Shown here in pieces: positions 37,101 through 46,265 of a stretch of 58,873 nt of DNA. Source of the stretch: a virus (lineage: Duplodnaviria > Caudoviricetes). The stretch is from the IMG/VR virus record IMGVR_UViG_3300047560_003072, positions 1 through 58,873 of that record; one strand, written 5' to 3'. The translations under genes and the position numbers were made by a program. Positions within the stretch are counted from its first letter, which is position 1, and each line of letters starts with the position of its first letter. Under the pieces are notes generated by a model. The model had not been told where the DNA came from. It did not search any database and was given only the letters and a program-made list of their open reading frames with translations.

Positions 37101-38573
37101 TGCATTAGCAGTTGATTTCTCTTTTGTTGCAACGCGGAACGGATCAGCAACAAAATTACCTTGCGATTCGCGTGTACGGCGAGCAAACTCATCAGCTAGA
37201 TTGGAATAGATTGTTGTACGATTCTCTTTGTATGGGAATCCTTCTTTCCATTCTGCCAAAGCAAAAAAGTCGACGTTTGCGGCAGCCTCATCCAACGTAA
37301 GTGTAGTAAGCGTTGGTGTTAGTTGCAGACGGTCTGCACCAGGCGCTGTATAGTTTGTTGTGTTGGAAGCGTTGTCATACAACGAGTCATCTTGCGCAGC
37401 GGTAACAACGGTTTCTGGTGTTGTAAAACCAACTGCAATGTTGTCTGGTGTTGTTGTGTACTTGTCAACAACAATAACTTGAGGATCTACCTTTAGAAAG
37501 TATCCCTTTTGATAGATGATACCTTCTGATACACCAAATGCGTAGCCTGTACCAATAGCATTAACATCGCTGTTTGCAACAGTAATAATGGTTTTATAGT
37601 TGACAGGAGTGATTGTTAAAGCTGGAGTGCCGTAAGTAGCCGTAGCATTAGCTGACTGAATCGTAACATGGGGTAAGAATGTGTAGTCGGAACCACCATC
37701 TTGGATGGAGATTAACTGAACAATACCTAATGTGTCTGTAGTAATTAGACCCTTTGCACCACTACCAATTAGAGATGAAACGTTTGCAGTTGCTCCGCTG
37801 ATGTTACCACTAATGTTATAGCCAGGTGTAAATGTCCATGCTGTTGCGTTGACAGATGTATTGACAAGATCTGTAGAACGTGGTTTAACACTCAACACAA
37901 TTGTGTTTGCAATTGCTGTTGTATTGATTGTGTTAATGACAGCTTTTGCACCTGTCGTGGCTTGTGTGATTGTTTCACCTTGCTGGAAAGCAATTGAGTT
38001 ACCCGTGATCGTAAGAGCACTCATAACGACGAGTGAGTCGGAATTTGAAAACCCCTGACCACCACTATCAACAGACATTTTGAACAGCTCGTAGTTTTTA
38101 CTGAAGACTGTTAGCTGTTGACTTGGACTGAAAGCAGAATAAACAGTATTTCCGTTAGCAGGATCAGGATCCGAGCTGTTAACATATTGAACGAAGAGTG
38201 TTTTTAGGTCAGGCGATTTTGATTCCAGACCGTCTTCATAGTTAACAATACGTCCTTGTAGGTTCAGATTACTCTTGATGAAATATCCAACATATGCGGA
38301 AGGAATAGAAGGTTCACCATCTACTTGTGTATCAAGAATCTTTACATAGCTGTAAGTTGGTAAATACGAAAAGTTAACGCCACTTATGATTGTGCCTGAT
38401 TTGAAAACGTGATTACCAAAACGTTCGATTTGGTTTTGCAGCGTCGTTTGAAGCTGGTTCAACTCTCGGGTCTGAACAGCAACGCCCGGCTTAAAAAGAA
38501 TCTTGTAGTATTCTTTTGCCTGATCGTAATCGTCAAAATATGGGCTTGCGCTGTAAGAATTTTCTAATGGCAT
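34056..38573 (-). CDS. large virion structural protein (DUF4815/VrlC-like) with C-terminal CFI-box-CTERM-like domain
   Basis: PYFDDY...ILFKPG.AVQTRELNQLQ, APGADR, RRTRESQGNF, RFKNGFFVEPF; C-terminal GGSSGSGS-CFLTTA...LRD...YY..GP. Confidence 0.85.
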   Translation of the reverse strand: MPLENSYSASPYFDDYDQAKEYYKILFKPGVAVQTRELNQLQTTLQNQIERFGNHVFKSGTIISGVNFSYLPTYSYVKILDTQVDGEPSIPSAYVGYFIKSNLNLQGRIVNYEDGLESKSPDLKTLFVQYVNSSDPDPANGNTVYSAFSPSQQLTVFSKNYELFKMSVDSGGQGFSNSDSLVVMSALTITGNSIAFQQGETITQATTGAKAVINTINTTAIANTIVLSVKPRSTDLVNTSVNATAWTFTPGYNISGNISGATANVSSLIGSGAKGLITTDTLGIVQLISIQDGGSDYTFLPHVTIQSANATATYGTPALTITPVNYKTIITVANSDVNAIGTGYAFGVSEGIIYQKGYFLKVDPQVIVVDKYTTTPDNIAVGFTTPETVVTAAQDDSLYDNASNTTNYTAPGADRLQLTPTLTTLTLDEAAANVDFFALAEWKEGFPYKENRTTIYSNLADEFARRTRESQGNFVADPFRVATKEKSTANATHAQVIIDPGLAYISGYRVQTTYNNYLDIRRSTDTVTSPNQNITINYGNYVLVKELAGQFDFKAGATVSLRSAAKQYGSTMTVGTGSITAPGSEIGTARMRSLVIHSGTPGTPECVYRMYLFDINMKQGYSFRQVRAVYYDSTYDGVADVVLTYDATTASNIASLVDVQNDKMIFPVGREGVASLTDITYTYRTVSPSTLQLSTTGQLTIGPLGTGETFPYTAGGSLSAAQKQDIILFPIANTQAQSNTNGSTTTSTTSPTLTGTSTNWLTEYQAGDWVKIANTTANVVAQIKSVASNTSMTLYANAALAVTGNLVPFFPALYPIDIVRSTRTANLNAGATTLTIDINKAITPQVGAIAVYNKKKTNASPVTKTVNRELYVKIHTSNNAGGNTGPWYLGIPGVIRLKNVYLGNSSAVTTSNTDITKYFSVDVNDDENAYRSAKLILNPGAQPGVNTNTFILVKVDAFTTGGAEGFFTYGSYTINATANLTTLSANNNAGINVLEMPETVTTKGDYYDLRDVIDFRPYGSNTANIATTVAGATVNPANTFALSGDDQYFPAPDSLVSFTINYYDSRIDRVIVRKDSSFEVLEGIPHPTNPVPPKEPAGAVTLEVLKVPPYPSFPISLNADSVEFAAKRTTSTRGSVNRKMVQSSIRSITMKESIESQPRRYTMSDIGSLDRRLKAVEYTTSLNQVESAIKDLVIPSGITPTTSRFKNGFFVEPFDDYTKVDVTHPEFAATIDQQKGFLKPATKQINFEARFDTTHANTAAGIINGDTLMLPFASTILINQSIKSSVIGTDGQRTQFVGEGTVEPSSFSIMARGEVTIVPDPAPPAPDYGGAGMSGDTSGSTGGSSGSGSCFLTTATVQYLGLDDDCEELHLARYLRDVHMTSKRDDQAKKFYYVVGPIIAERKTKWDDFYSETIKPLTQLVKLGQNEQAKKLYKLATLKLIDKHATQYNDRDIVNQLYSDVTSTKGEKVPYAVKFAAVKAFLKYKIVKGSIQYNDLQNKIQKDTN

Positions 38574-38582
38574 GTTTGTCTC

Positions 38583-40340
38583 TTAAAACTGCAGAATGAT
38601 TTTAATTGTTTCTGATTGACTTGCAGAACGTGTGATAGGACTTTCGTTCTCAAGGTATACTACTTCACCAGAACCAACAACTAAGTCTGGATGATACGCA
38701 TAATCAAGTCTCGCGACAGCCTCACTTACCGTACCAATAATCGTATTACCGGTATTTAGTGTGCCTCTGGAGTGCGTGATGTAAACATTTGTCGATGTAT
38801 TGCTGTGGAAAATTGCGTTAGCAATTTGTAGATCTGTTTGATAGATTTTTTCATCAGGAACAAATGTACCAGCTACAGGTGTGAATGTGAATCGCTGACG
38901 TTGATCAAATGTGTTGAAATTCTTTGACTGGCCATTGATTTCATACGAAGTGACGTTACCTGATGCTGTTATTCCCTGAGAAACAGTCTTTGATGTAACG
39001 AACACACCATTAACATTTGTCAATGACAATTTGTTCGTATCAAAAGCAGTAACATATCCTGTTGCCAAAGAATCAGATTGCGTAACTAGGTTACCAACAC
39101 CAAAAGCACCGCTCAATGAAGATAATGTCAATACGACGTTTGCAAACAAAGGATCCTTGATAATACCGACTGTTCTGTAATCGTTTGATACAGGAATTGT
39201 ACCTGTCTCACTTGTTTCAAACTTAACACTCATTGCAAGAGCACGAGCGCCAAGTTCATATTCTGGGTTTGAACCATGGCCACCTTTTGGACCAAGAATA
39301 ACAGACATTGAAGCTGCATTCTGCACGCCACCTGTGTTACCAACGACAGAAGCGGAAGCATATGTGTAACCGCTTCCTCTGCTAATAATTTCAACCTGTG
39401 AAACACTATTGGTTGAGTATGAGTTTACTTTTGCGCGAGCAATAGCTCCACTTCCATCACCAGTAATCAATACGTAAGGTGTTATTTCATATGTGGATGT
39501 TGTATCGGGGTTTGTACTAAAAGCAGAATCGATCTCAATAGTCTTTGAGTTACCAATAACAGTGTAATTAACGATTCTTCTACCTTGACCACTACCGGTA
39601 CCGTTTGTAATGTAAATGAAGCTACCGTTATAGAAGTTATTTGATGCACTTGCTGTATTGGCAATGTTGTATTTCAGCGGATTACCACCAACACGAAGGT
39701 CTGTCGAAATGAATGTACCTTGCAGGTATGTGTTGTAATGAGAACCAGGCGTATTAACAACAACAACGTCAATTGCACCTGAAACAGCATTACCAACAAC
39801 TTCATTATTTGCTAGGACCGGCATATAGCTAGCTGTTGCAAATTTATTGAATGTTGTTGAGTCCATTGAATACATATACTTCCAGACATAACCGTCTGAT
39901 GTACTATAAAACTCATCATCAGGAGCTGTTTGCGTAACGTCAGGCGCAACGGTGGAGGCAACATTACCGTTGTTATCTAAACATTTAAAGACGTGAAACG
40001 AAGATGTTGCATCAACAGCGACGTAGTATGCTTTTTCCGAAAGATCTTCGGTGCTTCTGTAAGCTGCGTATTTTGTATTTGATGTCCAATTGTAACGTGG
40101 GGCTACAGGCATCACGTCGCTGGAACCTACACGCTTACCAAACACCATTTCATCATATGCGGTATACAATGTATCTTGAACGCTGTTTGTAATCGGATCG
40201 ATATTTGAGTCACCGGTGCTGTATTCCGTATGTCTTCCAGCAAAAACATAGTAGACGCTGTTAGCCGTTTCGCTGATCGATTCGCGAAATTGATTAACGT
40301 TGTGAAGACGAAAGTAGTTGGTAATTAGTTGTGTTGCCAT
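38583..40340 (-). CDS. gp8: baseplate wedge protein, gp8-like
   Basis: RYNW, VFKCLDNN, DGYVWKYMY, GGHG, GEVVYLENESPITR...ETIKIILQF. Confidence 0.85.
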   Translation of the reverse strand: MATQLITNYFRLHNVNQFRESISETANSVYYVFAGRHTEYSTGDSNIDPITNSVQDTLYTAYDEMVFGKRVGSSDVMPVAPRYNWTSNTKYAAYRSTEDLSEKAYYVAVDATSSFHVFKCLDNNGNVASTVAPDVTQTAPDDEFYSTSDGYVWKYMYSMDSTTFNKFATASYMPVLANNEVVGNAVSGAIDVVVVNTPGSHYNTYLQGTFISTDLRVGGNPLKYNIANTASASNNFYNGSFIYITNGTGSGQGRRIVNYTVIGNSKTIEIDSAFSTNPDTTSTYEITPYVLITGDGSGAIARAKVNSYSTNSVSQVEIISRGSGYTYASASVVGNTGGVQNAASMSVILGPKGGHGSNPEYELGARALAMSVKFETSETGTIPVSNDYRTVGIIKDPLFANVVLTLSSLSGAFGVGNLVTQSDSLATGYVTAFDTNKLSLTNVNGVFVTSKTVSQGITASGNVTSYEINGQSKNFNTFDQRQRFTFTPVAGTFVPDEKIYQTDLQIANAIFHSNTSTNVYITHSRGTLNTGNTIIGTVSEAVARLDYAYHPDLVVGSGEVVYLENESPITRSASQSETIKIILQF

Positions 40341-40346
40341 ATTCTT

Positions 40347-43268
40347 TTAGGAGATCTCGATACTATTTATTACTGTCATTTCCGTATTTGCGGTTGACAA
40401 TGCTTGGACACTACCAAAAGCTTTTGTACCAGCGACGTGTGTAATTTGTTTCAAAATATCAATGTACAAATCAAAAGGTACTTTTGTTTGAACTTCGTAA
40501 CTGTATTCTTGGTAGTAGTAGTTGTCTTGTAGTTTTTTATCCGAATCAAGGAAGCCACGCGTTGTGGAGAAGAAGCCCTCACCCACACCTTGCTTACCCA
40601 AAGATACAACGGCAGTAACAACATATGAACTATCTTCACGTGACAGGGTAACCGTTTCACGCTCAATGTAACCGAAGCCAGAATCCTGAACGGCTAGTGT
40701 CGTAGCAACACCATTTGCTGTTTGAACGTTCGCCACAACATTTGAGTTAACACCAATAGCTTCTGTTGCTGTATCCTCATCGACGTTAACCAATGTCGCT
40801 GTTGCACCTGAAGTACGTCCAACAACCACTTCACCTACTTTAAACGTATTTTCAAGATTGATACGCTTAATGTATAACAATGTTGAGTTTGAGTTTTCTT
40901 TCACAAAACCACGTGCTGATGTTGCAAGGGTGATAGCATCAACGGCACTAATGTTAGCGGTAGCATTAGATGTTTGTGTGTACATTCTCGTTGAGCTGTT
41001 ACTTGTGTTCACAAACGTGCCACTGACGCCTGTCAACTTAGCTGATGTGCTACCACCCTCCACGACAAAACCATAAGCTCTGACGGAACCGTTTGCATAT
41101 TTCTGATAAACACGTTCTGTCTGAACAACACCTGTCGATGTTGAGCCATTAGCGGTTGTTCCAGCAAAACCACCAAATGTCAACTGTACACCAGGTGTAT
41201 TGGATGATTGCTGAACTTGCTCACCCACTGTGAACGAGCCTGTTAGAGGTGTTAGACCGAGAACGAGATCGCGGTGATTGTATGCAGCGACAGAGCGCTC
41301 ATACACTTCAACGAAAGGATCGAAATTGTAATCGTTACCTGGGTTCAAAGATGTCAGTGAAGCAATGGAACCAATTGTTGTTTGCTCAAAACGCAGACAA
41401 TCCAAAAGGATGCTATCCATATTTGAGCTAGGATATTTCGGAAATCCAAAACCACCATAAGCATATTCACCAGTGCTCAATAGTTCAGGCGAACCGTATT
41501 GTAATGCTGCTCCCGAATTATTACCATTCAAGTTTATGGATGTTAGAGTTGTGCTGCCATAAACAGTAGAAAGTCTATGACCAGTCTCCGAAACAATGCC
41601 TGGTGTAAGACCTAATGGTGCTCCACCGTTTGTTAGAGACAGTTTAAAGGCAGTCGTGTTAGCACTTGTAATATAATAAAAACCACCATTCAACAAACCA
41701 ATAATTGCCGTGTTACCTGTCGATACATCGTAGCGAACATAGTCACCATTAACAAGACCATGTGCTGCTGTTGTTGTAATTACATATGTACTACCATTAA
41801 CACCCGTGTTTGCATTGAAGTTGGCGCGTGTTGGTTGATATCCAATGTACTTAACGTCTTGCGTGTTATTGCTGCTTAGAAAATCTGGTGTAAGATAGAC
41901 GCTTTCTGTATCTGTAATGTAACCGATTTCAAAACTAGCGCCAACGCCTGTGCTAACGTTAGCAACTGTTGCTGTTGTACCGCTTGTAAAGCCAACAATG
42001 TTTGCATGTGGAGTAGCAATAAAAGCACCACCAGTAATAGAGTGCAAACCAACTGCTGTTGTGTTAGATCCAACAACGTTTCCTGTAACAGTACGATCAA
42101 AATATCCTGTTATGACAGCAGTTACAGTATTGCCCTGTTTCGCAAAGGTAGTGTCGTAAGAAGCGACATTACCATAGCGCGGTGAGATGACAAGATAACC
42201 AGCCGTTGAATTAGATGTGCCAGTTGCAACGACTACCCCATTTGCTACAACAGTACCATTGCTATAATAATTTTCAATGACGTCACCAACAGCAAACGCG
42301 CTGCTGTTAGGATTTGCCGTATCAAATGCAACGTTTGCAAGATATTGCTTAACGAGTTCAAACTTAGCAAAATCTGTGATTAGTGTGTTTGCATTTGTTT
42401 TGTTTTCTGTTACCAGGACCTTTGACGACACAAGAACGTCGGCGTCAGTTGTAAATCCCCATCCACCATCAACGAAAGAATTAGCAAACTGAAAGCTAAC
42501 TTTACCTGTTTCGTTAGAGACTGAAGTAACACGTGCCTTACCTTGTTTACCATTAGAGGAAACAACGTTGAAAATGTCACCAATTTTGTTTTCAGCGCCG
42601 CCAATCGAAACAGTCAGAGATGTCATCGATCCACGAACAATTGGAGCGTTTTCCAAAACAGTGTTAAACGATTCAGTAATGTATTCACCTGTTTGGAAAT
42701 CACCGCGCAAGTTACTCAAATAAGCAACCTCAACAAACTTTGTTCCAATACGACGACGAACCAATCCCTCCAAGAATGCTTTTGCGCCCGAGGTGTTACC
42801 AATAATTTCTTTACCAACAAATTCTTTAGTACGTTCCGTTACCGATAGTTCCAAATAAACTGGCTTTACCCACGTACCATGAGAGGTCTTGAAAAGATCA
42901 TCACCAGGATAGTAGACGGAAGCCTCTTTATCAAACATCCCCTGAATTACAAATTCAATTCCACGCGACGTGCCTTTGACGTGATACAAATCGAGAGCAT
43001 GTTTTGTCAGAAGACGTGTATCTCCTGCTGCTGCAAAAGGAACGCCAGGAAAGTACTTCTGCTTAAAGTGAATCAGAAACTCTTCTGATGTCTTGTCAAT
43101 ATCTCTTGTACTGAAAAGGTTACGAGCAGCGCCAACAGCTTGATTCTGTTGTTCCATCCATACGTAATATTGTTTGACAAAATCAATAAAACGAGGGCCT
43201 TCTTCCTGATAGAACTCAGGAAACTGACTTTGAATAAGAGGAGAGATTAACTGCTCAATGTTCTTCAT
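40347..43268 (-). CDS. gp7: baseplate wedge initiator, gp7-like
   Basis: QFPEF..EEGPRFIDFVKQYY, KGT, LQDNYYYQEYSY, HVAGTKAFG; follows gp6. Confidence 0.75.
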   Translation of the reverse strand: MKNIEQLISPLIQSQFPEFYQEEGPRFIDFVKQYYVWMEQQNQAVGAARNLFSTRDIDKTSEEFLIHFKQKYFPGVPFAAAGDTRLLTKHALDLYHVKGTSRGIEFVIQGMFDKEASVYYPGDDLFKTSHGTWVKPVYLELSVTERTKEFVGKEIIGNTSGAKAFLEGLVRRRIGTKFVEVAYLSNLRGDFQTGEYITESFNTVLENAPIVRGSMTSLTVSIGGAENKIGDIFNVVSSNGKQGKARVTSVSNETGKVSFQFANSFVDGGWGFTTDADVLVSSKVLVTENKTNANTLITDFAKFELVKQYLANVAFDTANPNSSAFAVGDVIENYYSNGTVVANGVVVATGTSNSTAGYLVISPRYGNVASYDTTFAKQGNTVTAVITGYFDRTVTGNVVGSNTTAVGLHSITGGAFIATPHANIVGFTSGTTATVANVSTGVGASFEIGYITDTESVYLTPDFLSSNNTQDVKYIGYQPTRANFNANTGVNGSTYVITTTAAHGLVNGDYVRYDVSTGNTAIIGLLNGGFYYITSANTTAFKLSLTNGGAPLGLTPGIVSETGHRLSTVYGSTTLTSINLNGNNSGAALQYGSPELLSTGEYAYGGFGFPKYPSSNMDSILLDCLRFEQTTIGSIASLTSLNPGNDYNFDPFVEVYERSVAAYNHRDLVLGLTPLTGSFTVGEQVQQSSNTPGVQLTFGGFAGTTANGSTSTGVVQTERVYQKYANGSVRAYGFVVEGGSTSAKLTGVSGTFVNTSNSSTRMYTQTSNATANISAVDAITLATSARGFVKENSNSTLLYIKRINLENTFKVGEVVVGRTSGATATLVNVDEDTATEAIGVNSNVVANVQTANGVATTLAVQDSGFGYIERETVTLSREDSSYVVTAVVSLGKQGVGEGFFSTTRGFLDSDKKLQDNYYYQEYSYEVQTKVPFDLYIDILKQITHVAGTKAFGSVQALSTANTEMTVINSIEIS

Positions 43269-45052
43269 TGTTTGATACCAGTAACCGTTACATTAACATC
43301 GGTAATGTCGACTGCAAGGATTGTATTTTTTACTGTGGAAATGTTCTTTGATAACGGACGTGCTTTGATAGCAATATAGTTGCCCGTGTAATCACTAATG
43401 TTGAATGCTGAAACACTCAGCTTACCAGTAGCATAATCGACAGTACCAACTTTCTTAATAACAGTGATTGTTGATCCTTGCTCAGCGGCAATATACACAT
43501 TACCCAACGTATCGTCAACAAGAACACAAGTTACACCATTATATTGGAACGTTGTACTGACAATCGTATGGCCGAAGTGAGCTTCCGATACAGCAACTTT
43601 TAAACCTGTTTCCGATTCCAAAGCGTTATTAAAATCAACAGAGAAACTGACATCTGTATTCAATGCTGGAACAACACGCTTAACCATTAACACGCTTGTA
43701 TCATTCGAAAGAATACTTGTATCCGCAGCATCGATTGCTTTACACAAAGCACTATAGAACATAGTAACTTTGAAATCTTCCAACGATGTCAAACTGTAGT
43801 TACTAATAGCAGCTTGAACAAGTGTCTTAATATCAGATGTTGATTTATTTGTCAAGTTTACGTTGTATTGAACATCTGCTGAAATGCTCAGATACATGAA
43901 CAATGGATCGATGAACTCAACACCGATTGTCAGAGGTGTTTTATCTTTAATGAAATCAAGGTATGCTTGCTTGCGTGATTGTGGGGCACCGTCAGCGTTT
44001 GCAACGTCAACGGAAACAAACACCTTACCATATTGTGGAGGATCGGCATCTTCACCACCATATACGCTAATAGCTTGAATATCGGAGAATCTATTTTTCA
44101 ACAGTGTTTCATAATCCGAAACTGTAACTGCGCGGTCTTGTGATTGGAAACTACGTGGAGCATTGAAGCGGATTGAGGATACGCTCTCTGCAACAGCACC
44201 ACCGGTTGCTGTCAATACTGTTTGAACTGCAATGTTTGAGTGACTATCAATTGTTCCATCTGGACTAAATCTTAGAGCACCATTTGGCAATTCACCTGAA
44301 CATGCACGGTATTTCACAACAACATAAGATCCGTTCTTTGGTTTGCGTCCGTAAACATCGTCACCAAAAATAATTTCATATTGTTGGTTTTCTGCTGCTT
44401 GAACAAAGAAGACACGAGATGCTGATGTAACGCCAATCAAGCCCGTTGCTTGCGTATAAGTCAAAGCATTCTGGCCGCCATCTTCATACACAACGAGATA
44501 GATCGAAGATGTGTCTACTGTTGGGTTAGATAAAACGAAACGTTGTGATGTATTTGATTGATCTGTAACAAACGTATCTGTGGTAATAATGCCTTCATAC
44601 ACATCTGTTGTTACAGAGAATGTTCCGTTATTCGAGGAAGTTACAACATACGTTTCATCTGTTGAAAATGTGTATGTGTTCGACCCCACGCGAGAAGTAA
44701 AAGAAGTATATCTTGGAACGACAACAGACTTTACACTTGTGCTAGGAGTAATGTCAACAGTTATATTTGCTTTCGAGGCAACAAAAGAGCGAGGAACATA
44801 ATTTAGTTCCTTAGCATGTGATACAACACTATCACGCAACTGAGCAGTATCGAGGAACATTTCACTCGCTACCATGTTGGTGTAGAAACCGTTAAGGTAC
44901 GTGTTGTACGCAAGGACATCAAGCAAAACGTTGATGTTCGAGCCTTCGTAGTCTAAGTCCTTAAACTGCGTGTTGTTTTTTAGAAAGTTTTTTAGATTGT
45001 CTTTTAGACTAGCAAAATCTAAACCAACTAGATCGATGCTTGTGTTGGCCAT
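43265..45052 (-). CDS. gp6: baseplate wedge protein
   Basis: LDF..LK.NL, DYEGSN, LAYNT, FLDTAQLR.SVVS, QDRAVT..DY, GGED..PPQYGKVF. Confidence 0.95.
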   Translation of the reverse strand: MANTSIDLVGLDFASLKDNLKNFLKNNTQFKDLDYEGSNINVLLDVLAYNTYLNGFYTNMVASEMFLDTAQLRDSVVSHAKELNYVPRSFVASKANITVDITPSTSVKSVVVPRYTSFTSRVGSNTYTFSTDETYVVTSSNNGTFSVTTDVYEGIITTDTFVTDQSNTSQRFVLSNPTVDTSSIYLVVYEDGGQNALTYTQATGLIGVTSASRVFFVQAAENQQYEIIFGDDVYGRKPKNGSYVVVKYRACSGELPNGALRFSPDGTIDSHSNIAVQTVLTATGGAVAESVSSIRFNAPRSFQSQDRAVTVSDYETLLKNRFSDIQAISVYGGEDADPPQYGKVFVSVDVANADGAPQSRKQAYLDFIKDKTPLTIGVEFIDPLFMYLSISADVQYNVNLTNKSTSDIKTLVQAAISNYSLTSLEDFKVTMFYSALCKAIDAADTSILSNDTSVLMVKRVVPALNTDVSFSVDFNNALESETGLKVAVSEAHFGHTIVSTTFQYNGVTCVLVDDTLGNVYIAAEQGSTITVIKKVGTVDYATGKLSVSAFNISDYTGNYIAIKARPLSKNISTVKNTILAVDITDVNVTVTGIKQ

Positions 45053-45481
45053 TTAACGGATCCTATTGAGAATGAGTTCAAGAATAACAGGTTCTTGCTT
45101 ATTTATTACAGAGAAAATAATAGTTGCATAAACAGTGTATTCGTCTGGATCAGAAGATACCTGTACGTCAATTATTTGCGCACGTGGTTCATAGTTAGTA
45201 ATAGTCGTGCGTATGTAACTTTCAAGAATTTGATCTGTTGCTGCTGAGCTCAATTCAAACAACAGCGATCTAATATCACTTCCAATTGTGTTTTGAAATA
45301 AACGATCACCACGGTTCGTCAAAAGCAGGTTCTTGATTGAACGCTTGACAGCTTCTTCGTTTGTGTGACGAACAAAATCCTTCTTGATTGGGTGCGTATC
45401 AAGATTAGTAAAGAAGTCGGAAAAGATTTCCGGCTGTTCTTTTAGTGGTGTGTATAAGTCTCGTTTTGTTACGACTGCCAT
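45053..45481 (-). CDS. gp25: baseplate wedge/sheath initiator
   Basis: AVKRSIKNLLLT..GDRLF, IGS.I..LLFE, YEPRA. Confidence 0.93.
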   Translation of the reverse strand: MAVVTKRDLYTPLKEQPEIFSDFFTNLDTHPIKKDFVRHTNEEAVKRSIKNLLLTNRGDRLFQNTIGSDIRSLLFELSSAATDQILESYIRTTITNYEPRAQIIDVQVSSDPDEYTVYATIIFSVINKQEPVILELILNRIR

Positions 45482-46264
45482 TTAACCTCCGATTAGTACG
45501 GTTCCGGAACCTTCAGCAATTGGTTGATTACCTGCATTATCATCATTGGTAACAGCATCACCAACTCTTGCAGCACCTTTTGTGCCTTTGTTGATAATGA
45601 CATTTTTACCATTAATCACGATGTCACCATCAACGTTTAGCGTGTAGTTTCCTTTTACCTGTACTTCGACGTTTCCTTGAATGTAAATTTTCTGATTCTT
45701 TTCAACGATTTCGAAATCGTTGCCAACAATCTTGTTAACACGTTGACCGTTATGATCAATTTCTGTATATGTGCCAGATCGATGATATGTGTGCAGACGT
45801 TCAGCACCAGGTGTATCATCGACCTCAATAACGTGACCGGATTCTGTTTGAGTAACCTTATTGTAGGGGTACTTTGCTTGAAAAGCGGACGGAGGTTCAA
45901 TACCAATTGGCTGTTTATTTATTGACTGACGCCCAGCCGCTAGCGGTGGAATATCGCCGGCTCCTGGAAGTACACCAAATATAACAGGCAAAGTCGTTTC
46001 GTTACCATCCATAAAGAAACCAAACACCGTGGTTCCAACTTGCATACCCGTTGCTGACACACCAACGTGTTTCAAGCTGGAGCTGAAAGGTGGCATTAAA
46101 ACAACTGCCCAAGGCAACGTCTTTGTAGGAGCTTCAACATCATTACCGTGGACATTATAAATGCGTGCGCGCACACGGCCTTGTTTCTCCGGATCATCAC
46201 GATCCTCAACAACACCGATAAACCATCTAAAGCCTTCTTCACCTACACTATTTGTCGTCGCCAT
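45482..46264 (-). CDS. gp5: baseplate central spike (OB-fold + beta-helix, no lysozyme, PAAR-like C-terminus)
   Basis: WFIGVVEDRDDP...GRVRAR, LPWA, VFGFFMDG, YPYNKV.QTESGH..EVDDTPGAER. Confidence 0.9.
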   Translation of the reverse strand: MATTNSVGEEGFRWFIGVVEDRDDPEKQGRVRARIYNVHGNDVEAPTKTLPWAVVLMPPFSSSLKHVGVSATGMQVGTTVFGFFMDGNETTLPVIFGVLPGAGDIPPLAAGRQSINKQPIGIEPPSAFQAKYPYNKVTQTESGHVIEVDDTPGAERLHTYHRSGTYTEIDHNGQRVNKIVGNDFEIVEKNQKIYIQGNVEVQVKGNYTLNVDGDIVINGKNVIINKGTKGAARVGDAVTNDDNAGNQPIAEGSGTVLIGG

Positions 46265-46265
46265 T

